Assembly: GCA_964035545.1 (NCBI GenBank)
Contig: OZ037768.1
Span: 248,001 to 312,000, forward strand
Direction: 5' to 3'
Length of the DNA: 64,000 nt
Source: Bugula neritina
Lineage: Eukaryota > Animalia > Bryozoa
Positions within the stretch are counted from its first letter, which is position 1. Each line of letters opens with the position of its first letter. Positions 15,501 to 27,500 of this stretch are shown here, one piece after another. A program made the translations under genes and the position numbers. The notes below the pieces were generated by a model. That model saw nothing but the letters and a program-made list of their open reading frames with translations, made no database searches and was not told the DNA's origin.

Positions 15501-18500
15501 TTAATATATTACTAGTATATGTATAGTTAATATATTACTAGTATATGTATAGTTAATATATTACTAGTATATGTATAGTTAATATATTACTAGTATATGT
15601 ATAGTTAGTATATTACTAGTATATGTATAGTTAATATATTACTAGTATATGTATAATTATTTCAATACATTCACCGGCAAATAACTTTCTAAAAATACAC
15701 TTAATGTGGCTATGTAATACACATAAAATGGCTATGTAATACAATGGCTCCATCAAACTATTTATAATAGCTTTGAAAATGATTGTTGCAAATATTAGAA
15801 ATATTTATTGAAACATTTAATTGTTGAAAAGTCACTGGTATGAATAAACACCATTATGATAGTTCCCCTATCATCTCATTGTAACATTAGCTCTGTATGA
15901 GAACTAGTTAAAGACATCTAAAGGTATAGTTAGTTGAATATTACATGGAATCCACCTGCTGAAAGGTACTGCAGTGTTCTCTAAACAGGTACATGACCTC
16001 ACCTACTGAATTTAATGTATTCTAGTTTATTGTAGTGTATTTACAATGTTGAGGTGCACTTAACATGGGAAATGTGTCTTGAAGAAATTTATAAACCAGA
16101 TAGAAATATATGAACACATTTTACTTTGCTATTACCAATCTAATAATAGAGCTGTATGAATTTACTCCTGTGACAAAAAGTGTACTCAATGACCCAACTG
16201 CTGCTATGAATGACACTTTGTGTAGCTGCTGTATCCACATAGTTGAGTGAAAGAGTACGGGCTTACACAGAAGCCCCAGCAAATGTAGAAGTCTTAAGTT
16301 CCCAGTCTAACAAATACTATAAGAACTGCTGTCAACTGAAACAATTACTAATTTTAATTAAAAATGTTGAATTTGAATAAATCAAGTTGAGTAATTAGTC
16401 TTGTACTTGTAAACTTAACCTAAGCTCTAAAGAGTTTACACGTGACGGGCTCCCTCCCAGTAGCCCAGTTCTATTCTGTAGTACCTGCATAGAATCTCAG
16501 CTAAGCTGACTCAACCACCTGTGTGGTATACTGTACTCTGTAGCTGGTGATGGGTAGTTGGAGTTGTGAGCTCCTGTAAAGTAGCATCAAATGTTGTAGG
16601 TGTGGCTCCTAACTCCCTACACGTACAGTTTGGGGGAGACATCATCAGACGTCTCGACCCTTACGAACACCCTCTAGTCCTGCAGAACGAGTACCTCTCC
16701 AAGATCGGCTTCCACGACTTCCTGAGAATCCAGAAGGAGGGGCTGTCTGTGGACTTGGGCTATCTGATACGCTTCTTCTCAGGTACCTCAGACTACACTG
16801 ACTCGAGGACGGGTGGCGCATCACCCCACCCGACTTTCTTGTGTGAATTCTGTCTCTAACTTCCCATCTTATATTCAAAGTAGAAACTCTAGACTGTAAA
16901 CTTTATACTCTTTGCTTTATTTAATAAAATACTTTTTGGTAGCCGCCCCAGAAAACTTGGTTCACACGTCGTCAGGTTTGTCCTTCTGCACTGCCTGTAG
17001 TGACGCAGATTTACTAACAGTACATATTAGTATTCTAACAGTATAAAGTTTTAGTACTAATAACAGTACACGGTAACACTAACAGTTGTACTCACTCAAT
17101 ACCAGTACTACTCTATCTCTAACAGTACACTGCAGTAGTACTGTCACTAATAATCAGTATAATACTCCTAGTGATGGCACACCTAAAGTCAAAGTACTGT
17201 CAATATCAACTAGTACACCTCTGATAGTGATAATATAACCAGCTATCTTTCTTCCACTCTGCACTTTGTGTCTCTAGAAAGTGTGAAACTTACCGACTTA
17301 ACCTAAAGGTGTTTTATACATACAACTATGAAGTACTAAAATAGTTTTATGGTGAAATTAAGTCTTACTTGTTATGGATGTTTTTCTATGACAAATGTCA
17401 TCATGTTGACCAAATTTGTTAAATATCAATGAATATCAATGAGTGTGCAAGTTGACTGAAGACCCATCATGGTGTAGGTCCTATTATAATCACATATAGT
17501 CTGAGTAAAACTCTTACAGGTAAACCATTCTTTGACAACACCTTCTCCAGGAATCACCTGTCAGCATATCTGGACATCAGACTATCAGGAGTTCTCTCCA
17601 GGTGGTGTAAGAGGTTGTGTACTCTCACTGGGACACAGCTGAAGATATACAAAGGTATGTCGTGTAGTACAGCAGTAACTACAATGTGTACAGTAGTAAC
17701 TACAGTGTGTACACTAGTAACTACAGCGTGTAGTACTTTATACAATGCTGTAGACAAGTCTGAGAATGGCACGGCACAAGTCATACAGCTGTCTAACGGC
17801 AGCGTGGAGGAGTGTAAGACTAAAACCCACCCACATTACATCAAGTTGACGACACAGAGCTCCGGCCCTGAGAAGTGCATCTATCTGTCCTTTGAGACCT
17901 TCACGGACTACTCTAAGTGGCTCAAGAAATGCAGAAAGGTTGGTAGTTGCATTAACTATCAGTTCAGTTCTACTCATTAGTTATCAGTTCAGTTCTACTC
18001 ATTAGTTATCAGTTCAGTTCTACTCATTAGTTATCAGTTCAGTTCTACTCATTAGTTATCAGTTCAGTTCTACTCATTAGTTATCAGTTCAGTTCTACTC
18101 ATTAGTTATCAGTTCAGTTCTACTCATTAGTTATCAGTTCAGTTCTACTCATTAGTTATCAGTTCAGTTCTACTCATTAGTTATCAGTTCAGTTCTACTC
18201 ATTAGTTATCAGTTTAGTTCTACTCATTAGTTATCAGTTCAGTTCTACTCATTAGTTATCAGTTCAGTTCTACTTATTAGTTATCAGTTCAGTTCTACTT
18301 ATTAGTTATCAGTTCAGTTCTACTCATTAGTTATCAGTTCAGTTCTACTTATTAGTTATCAGTCATTCCTTCATCAAGTAGGAACTCAATTAGCTGATCT
18401 ATACATTTATTTAATAATGATAAATTCTAACAAGTAACGTCTGCTCTGTAAGTCTGCACTGAACGTCTGCAACATGTTCTCAGCACTCGTAATTAGAATT

Positions 18501-21500
18501 ACTGTGGAAACAAACATCTTCCATTAATTAGATATCTGAGTACTTCCTGTACAAGAGTAATCAATGAGTCCCTTACCGTGTGCCAACAAGTTTCCTTCTA
18601 GCAACTTCTCTATTCTGTTGTATCCAGGCCGTGGCCAAGCTGCCATCTAATGCTGACTTATCAAACTGCAATCTTGAATTCCTGCCAGAGACGCTCTTCA
18701 TTAACGGTCAACTGAGCATGCTCAATCTGCGACACAACGCTCTGCGACATCGGCCCACTCAGGAGGATATCTACACCATAGGATGGCTTGAGGATCTACC
18801 TAGGTGAGTCCTCATACACTTGTTTTATATTATATTATATTGTGTTGTGTTGTATTATATTGTATTATATCATATTATATTATGTTATATTATATTATGT
18901 TATATTGTATTATGTTATATTGTATTATATCATATTATATTATATTATGTTATATTGTATTATATTATATTATATTATACCACACTATGTTATATTATAT
19001 TATTATGTTTAGTCACATATTTTCTATTCACTCAGGTTTCAGTGCCTCAGGAGTCTTAACTTAGCAGACAACAACTTAGAAGTGTTCCCAGCATCCTTGT
19101 GTGAGATGTCGGGGCTGGTGGAGCTGAACCTCGCATGTAACAAGATAGAGACAGTGCCTGAGGCTATAGGGGACCTTGTCAAGTGAGTTCTAATACAGTA
19201 GTATGACATATCCTCAGTCTATGCAGTGAATACTGAGGTCACTAAGGCTACGCTATCTGCTCAACACAGCATAGTCCGAGTTCCTCATGTAACACCCTCT
19301 ATATTACAGTCTGCAGGCCCTGCACCTCCACAACAACCACCTCTCTACCATCCCCAACGAGATCCTACAGCTGAAGAAGCTCGTCATCCTAGTCCTGGCC
19401 TTCAACAAGTTCCACCAGATCCCCAGCAGCGTGGCTCAGCTGACGGATGTCAGGTCATCAGAGTGCGACACCATCATCATGGCCGGGAACCTCATCGACA
19501 GCATTTCCTCTGATGTCATTACCAAACTCAGACACGTCAAGAAGGTTGTCTTAGCTTCGTATGACCCTCTGTTCTGTGTAGAGTGTAGACGTCTCGCTCT
19601 GTCACTCTGTCACTCTGTCACTCTGTTACTCTGGTACTCTCTCACTCTGTCACTCTGTCACTCTATTACTCTGTCACTCTGTCACTCTGTTACTCTCTCA
19701 CTCTGTTACTCTGTCACTCTCTCACTCTCTCACTCTGTTACTCTATCACTCTGTTACTCTATCACTCTGTTACTCTCTCACTCTGTTACTCTATCACTCT
19801 GTTACTCTATCACTCTCTCACTCTCTCACTCTGTCACTCTATCACTCTCTCACTCTATCACTCCGTCACTCTGTTACTCTCTCACTCTGTCACTCTGTTA
19901 CTCTATCACTCTGTTACTCTGTCGCTCTATCAGTCTGTCACTCTATCACTCTGTTACTCTGTCACTCTGTCACTCTGTCACTCTCTCACTCTGTTACTCT
20001 ATCACTCTGTTACTCTATCACTCTGTTACTCTCTCACTCTGTTACTCTATCACTCTGTTACTCTATCAGTCTGTCACTCTGTCACTCTGTTACTCTATCA
20101 CTCTCTCACTCTGTCACTGTTACTCTATCACTCTGTCACTCTGTTACTCTATCACTCTGTCACTCTATCACGGGCTTTCCATGTACCGATCTGAGAAATG
20201 TGCTCAGATCGACCGGTTTTCCATGAGAGTGTCAGATCGATCTCACCAAGTTGCCTCCTCTTAAGTGAAGGATGCTTTAAAAGTATAATTTGTTCACCTA
20301 TTTCAGTGATTAAAGCTACTACTGTTGAAAAAGAGATGTACGTAGTCTGAAATTTAGTCCCAGCTATAAACTATACGCAGCAAAGCTTTCAGTGTATGAT
20401 AATTTGGCTAATTTAAATTAATTACTTTTAATTTTGTAGCTTGACAGCTTATATAAAATTAATGGCTGTCTTGCAGATTATTAATAAACTTACAGGACTG
20501 TTAGGCTTAAAATTACAAAGAAAATAGCTAATGAAACTAAGTTTTAATAGTCATTTAAATTCAATTTAAATTCTCTCATTTTTTTAACCTTCTACTGCAT
20601 ATAATTGAGTTTTCTTAATCATTGTACTGAAAGTCAAAGTTTTGGCATCTGAAAAGGTGGCTATCATAATTATTTAATACTTTGCTTAGTAATTATCAAT
20701 AAGTTATCATTTTTATTAGCAGACGACATTGTAGCGCGCAGTCTTTGTCTACTTCTCAGATCGATCTGGCGTCTTTCCATGGTCTTATTGACATGAGATC
20801 GATCTGAGTTCGAGCTCCACAGACCGACCAGCTCAGATCGACGGAGATCGATCTTTAGCGTCTTTCCATGGATCGATCTCGCTGAGATCGATCTGAGATC
20901 GGACCATGGAAAGCCGGTGTATCACTCTGTCACTCTCAACTCTGTCAACTCTGTCAACTCACCTAATTAGGAATCCAGATATCTTATTTATTTTTTTTAT
21001 ATACTTCTACATGCTTGCAAGTCATTCGATTGTATAAATTCTATTAAGCTTTTAACTCTTTTCAGTGTCAAGTATCTCTACACCTAAGTGAAAATATCCT
21101 GACCTCTACTGACCTTTTGACCTTTTAAAGTGATGGCAAAATACCTTTGTCCTTAGAAAGTACCCTCAAATGACTTTATAACCTTATGAAGTGACCTCTG
21201 CTGACCCTTTGACCTTGTAATGACCTCTCTCTGTTGCAGGTTGACCTGAGGATGAACAACCTAACCCTCCCAGTCACCGAGACTCAGCACATGAGTGCCA
21301 TGGAACAGCTCACTCACCTTGACCTTCGTATGAATAACATCAAAGAGCTCGACCTCAGGTCACTCAAGTCTCTCGAGTACCTCAACGTCGAGCGTAACGA
21401 CATTCACTCGCTGCAACTCAACGGCAGCCAAATGAAGACGATATTCGCTGCTCACAATGGTAATCATCTCGTATGTTAGAGGAATTACTCTGCTTTTTCC

Positions 21501-24500
21501 ATATTGGTTGAATATTTCAGTATTTAGTATACAATATAACGTTATAGTAGCAATAGAGTGTTATCTAAATTTTTTTTTTGTATTTGATAAATACTATTGT
21601 AGAAATATTTCTATTGTTACTAATAATATAGTAGATGCATTGTTGTACTTGGTATAAAAATTCAATTGGATTGTTTGAAAAATTTCAGGCGTTCAGCAGT
21701 TTCTAGTGAACCCAAAACCAGAGTGGCTGGAGATAATGGACTTATCATAGTAAGTATATCATAGTAAGTATATCATAGTAAGTATGTCATAGTAAGTATA
21801 TCATAGTAAGTATATCATAGTAAGTATATCATAGTAAGTATGTCATAGTAAGTATATCATAGTAAGTATATCATAGTAAGTATATTATAGTAAGTATATC
21901 ATAGTAAGTATATCATAGTAAGTATATCATAGTAAGTATATCATAGTAAGTATATCATAGTAAGTATGTCATAGTAAGTATATCATAGTAAGTATATCAT
22001 AGTAAGTATATCATAGTAAGTATATCATAGTAAGTATATCATAGTAAGTATATCATAGTAAGAATATCATAGTAAGTATATCATAGTAAGTATATCATAG
22101 TAAGTATGTCATAGTAAGTATATCATAGTAAGTATATCATGGTAAGTATATCATAGTAAGTATACATATTATAGTAAGTATTGATGATATGACCCACATA
22201 GGGAAGATAACTTCAAGTCATAATATTTGATATGTTTCTAGTAATAAGTTGGAGAAACTTCCAGAATGGTTGTCAGACTGCAGTTTCCTGAAGAGACTGA
22301 ATGTTAGTAACAACAGACTGCAACGTCTGCCATACAGGTGAGTTATATAGTACAGGTGAGTTATGTAATACAGGTGAGTTATATAATACAGGTGAGTTAC
22401 ATAGTACATATAGTACAGGTGAGTTATATAGTACAGGTGAGTTATATAATACAGGTGAGTTATATAATACAGGTGAGTTATATAATACAGGTGAGTTATA
22501 TAATACAGGTAAGTTATATAATACATGTCTGTGTTTATTTCACCTCAGGCTATTCTCCGATGCACAGAGGTTAAAACAGTTGATAGCTGACCACAATGAG
22601 ATCCGAGAACTGCCCTCTGATATCTCTAACTCAGTTGTTGAAGAGATCAATCTACATCACAACTCAATAGATGAGTTACCTGAGGACTTTCTTAGTAAAC
22701 TCAACAAGTAAGTTTCAGCAATAATGTAAGTATGTGATAGTTTAAGTATATAGTATAATGTAAGTATGTGATAGTGTAAGTATATAGTATAATGTAAGTA
22801 TATAGTATAGTGTAAGTATATAGTGTAAGTATATAGTATAGTGTAAGTATATAGTATACAGTGTAAGTATATAGTATAGTGTAAGTATATAGTGTAAGTA
22901 TATAGTATACAGGGTAAGTATATAGCATACAGTGTAAGTATATATTATACACTGTAATTTGCATTCTAGGAGTAGCAAACCAACACACGGTTATTCTAAA
23001 TGATGTCATTTTATAAAATATCATAAATACAATTTCAATAAATGGCTGTTCCTAGAGTGATAAATGTGTTTACATATGCAGACTTAAAATACTGAATCTC
23101 TCTTCCAATGAGCTCACTTTCCTTCCTCCACTTAACGAGATTGAAGATCTGAACAAAGTGCATGAGCTCTACCTCACTCAGAATGGCTTGCAGGATGATT
23201 GTATAGAGGTCATTGCTGGATATCACAGGTTGAAGATTCTCCACTTGGCGTACAACGAGTTGACGTGTATCGACGAGAGGTAAACCCTTCATGTGTCTCT
23301 GTTCCACCCAGTTTACCGTCTCACTCATTTCATTCTTCTGCCCACTCATTTAATTTTATGGGATAATATACTAAGATAGTAGACTAAATACTGCAATCTA
23401 AATGCAACTAAACAGATATACATATATCATTCAGACTCGCTCAATCATTGGAACTTCTGCAAGAACTGAACGTATCAGGGAACCGTATCAAGACCCTTCC
23501 TAAGAACCTAGTGAATATGCCAGAACTTAGACTATTGAGAGCTCACTCTAATTTGTTGAAAACTCTTCCAGATCTCGCAGAGTCGTCTTCTCTCAAGGTG
23601 AGCTAACTACTTAACACTTGCTTGTCGTTGTCACAGTGACACTTGTCAGTCATGTTGTTCTATATGTGTCAGGCATTTGTCAGCTGTACAGCTATTTTGA
23701 CAGCTGTCAACTCTGTGTCACAGTGACACATGCCACTGGAAGCTGTCAGTAATATTCCAGTGATATGATGAGTCAACATAGTTATATCGGCACATGTGTC
23801 AGTCATTTTAACTGGTTAATTTGAATTTTACCTGTTATATTTTATTTAGAAGCTTTGCTATAAGTTTTCAGTCAAGATAAAAGTACCTGCCTATCATATC
23901 AGTTGTTATATATTTGTACCAATTTGTTTTCACTAACTAATCTATACAGTGCACGTTGTTATGTGTTGTAACATGTCGTCATGTTCTAGCACTTTGACTT
24001 GTCACACCGAGATGTTCATCAGGTATTTTGTTGACTACACTATGACATCACTTCCTCTTCTCTCTTCTACTCTTGCTAATGTCTAGTTTCTAGTTGACCA
24101 AACTAAAAGTTTAAATATATTTGAGTTAGTTTAATTCCCAAGACTTATGGGAAGGTTTAGCACTCTCTCATTGTGAAAGTTTTTTGGAACTCAATGGGTT
24201 TCAAGTTCTAAATACGATTAGGCACCAGACATAATTCTAACTCCCTAATTTTATATTGAAGATCTTTCATTACCACCACTTTTTGTATCACGAGAACGCT
24301 TGGGATGTACTAAATCTAAGTAGCAAAGTGTTTGTGTAAATTATTCTGTTATGTTAGATGTTTAAATAGCAACAAAAGCTATCAAATGTTTCCACACTCT
24401 TCTTTTAACACCTGCACAATCTAATATCTATCTACACCCTTCTTACCTCTCGGCACATTTACTTCTGCATTCCATAATATTGTATCACATAATACTGAAT

Positions 24501-27500
24501 TATATAATATTCTATGCGGTTTGTCTCTGTGTGACCCAGTCTTTGATATTATATTATATCTCAACTAGGTACTGGAAGTAGTAATATGGTACGTTGTAAC
24601 TAGGTACTGGATGTAGTAATATGTTACGTTGTAACTAGGTACTGGATGTAGTAATATGTTACGTTGTAACTAGGTACTGGATGTAGTAATATGTTACGTT
24701 GTAACTAGGTACTGGATGTAGTAATATGTTACGTTGTAACTAGATACTGGATGTAGTAATATGTTACGCTGTAACTAGGTACTGGATGTAGTAATATGAT
24801 ACGTTGTAACTAGGTACTGGATGTAGGAATATGTTACGTTGTAACTAGGTACTGGATGTAGTAATATGTTACGTTGTAACTAGGTACTGGACGTAGTAAT
24901 ATGATACGCTGTAACTAGGTACTGGATGTAGTAATATGATACGCTGTAACTAGGTACTGGACGTAGTAATATGTTACGTTGTAACTAGGTACTGGACGTG
25001 GCGTGTAACAAACTGCTCAGCATCTCCGCCAGTGAATTGGCCAGCAGCTCTCAACTCCATTCCCTGGACATGCAGATGACTCAGTTCTCTATTGACAAGA
25101 CGCAGATGGAGATAGTAAAGTATGTGTCAGGGGGTGTCAGTGGAGATAGTAAAGTATGTGTCAGTGGGTGTCAGATGGAGATAGTCAAGTATGTGTCAGA
25201 TGGAGATAGTCAAGTATGTGTCAGGGCTGTTATTGGGTGTGTCAGGGTGTTTCAGTTGACTAAATGCTCAGATGTGTATGAATTATACACTCTGTAGTGA
25301 TAGTTGGAGGTTATGTTGTATTAACATATATGATTGGCTGTTCACACAGGAAATCAAAGCAGATAAAGTCTGTGGATTCTTCCGGAGAGAACAAGGAGTT
25401 GTCCTCCTTATCTGGGACACTGGGTAGCTCTCAGTCTCTGTACAAGATCCCTAAGATATGTCAGTTGGGATTCGCGGAGACCAGCGGTACACGCAACAAG
25501 TATGTATCTGAAACTATGCTGTCCGTCTCACCGCCATCTGAGTGAGGGAATAACATCATATGCTAGTTTATCTTCTAATACATTGACTATAACATAGTAT
25601 TATATTATTTTGTAGTACTATATATTACAGGTTATGTGTTACTGTGCTACACCAACTGTCGTATATATTACAGGTTATGTGTTACTGTGCTACACCAACT
25701 GTCATATATATTACAGGTTATGTGTTACTGTACTACACCAACTGTCATATATATTACAGGTTATGTGTTACTGTACTACACCAACTCTCATATATATTAC
25801 AGGTTATGTGTTACTGTACTACACCAACTGTCATATATATTACAGGTTATGTGTTACTGTGCTACACCAACTGTCATATATATTACAGGTTATGTGTTAC
25901 TGTACTACACCAACTGTCATATATATTACAGGTTATGTGTTACTGTACTACACCAACTCTCGTACAAAGATCAAGACGAAGCTCTGTTTGCCATGTTCGA
26001 CGGAGGAAGAAACTGCGAAGTACCAAAAATCCTCAAGAAAATATTTCCCACAATTCTTGCACAGGAAATTGAGTCATCGGATAAACCCAATGTGTACCTG
26101 AAATATGCGTTTCTACAGGCACACAAGTTAGTAATAGCCGTGATGTGTGCAGTGGGTGTAATCTGTAGCAAGTTGCTATATTCAATCTGTAGAATAATTA
26201 TACAGTGATGTTTGTTTAATAAGTTTTGTTTATTTGTTTGCTGCTGATGCTGCCACAGTGATGTTCTCTTTATATCGCAGATCTCTGAAGAATAGTGGAC
26301 AGTATTTGGGGTCGTCAGCCCTCGTCTGTCATATCAGACGTAATGAAGAGAATAGTAAGAGGTTTTATCTTAACATCGCCAACTGTGGTGACACAGTAGC
26401 ACTCCTATGTAGAGCGGGGGAGCCTCTTGTCCTCTCACAGCAGCACACTGTAGTAGAGGACAGAGAAGAAGCTTCCAGAATATTCAGAACTGATGGAATC
26501 ATTACAGAGGTGAGTCACACTAAAGAAGTAGCCAATCATGTAACAGTATTTACTAGATGTAGCCTATCACAGACTGCCAGCTAATCAACCAACCAGATTA
26601 CTGTATCAGCTAGTACTGTGGTTACAGGAGAACAGAGTGAATGGTACGAGTATAACCACAAGAGCTCTAGGCAACTGCTATCTCTACCCTCATCTCATCC
26701 CAGAGCCCCACGTCCTGAAGAAGACTCTGAGACCAGAGGATCAGTTCCTTGTCATAGCCAACAGCAGTTTGTGGAGGTCAGTCTACTGTCCTACCTTCAG
26801 TCTGATGTACTCAGTCTACTGTCCTATCTTCAGTCTGATGTACTCAGTCTACTGTCCTACCTTCAGTCTGATGTGTTACTCAGTCTACTGTCCGACACTC
26901 AGTCTGATGTCCTCAGTCTACTGTCCTACACTCAGTCTGATGTACTCAGTGTACTGCTTGTAATACTCGCACTCTAACACCTCCCCTTCCATCTGCACAG
27001 GTTCCTGTCGTATAAGGAGGCTATTGAGGAGATACAATACATCGCAAATCCAGTAGTGGCAGCCAAACGTCTGCAGGATTTGGCCCAAGGATACGGCTGC
27101 AAGGAGAATGTCAGCGTGTTAGTCATTCAGTTCAACTGTAACTTCCTTAGCTCTGCCCAGAGTGTCGGAAATCTTTCCACAACGTCCGAAGGTGTTGTAT
27201 TTCACACGCTACAAAGGTTAGTGGGAATTAACTGCTTTATTTACTTGTCAAAGTATCGTTGTATAGTAGGTGGTTAATAGTTATCTCAATTAGCTGATTG
27301 TTGTATCTACACGTGACAGTTTTATATTATGAATCTTCATAAAAATAAGTAAATTTAAATTTTAATTAAAATGAAGCAAATATTTAGACTTCTAGTTTCA
27401 TATTAAATAATTCCAGTCTGAAAGATAAAGATACGGGACTGAAGTTGAGAAAGCGTCCAATCCCTGCCCCTCGTGCTTCTACTGGCAGGGTGAGTGTGAG

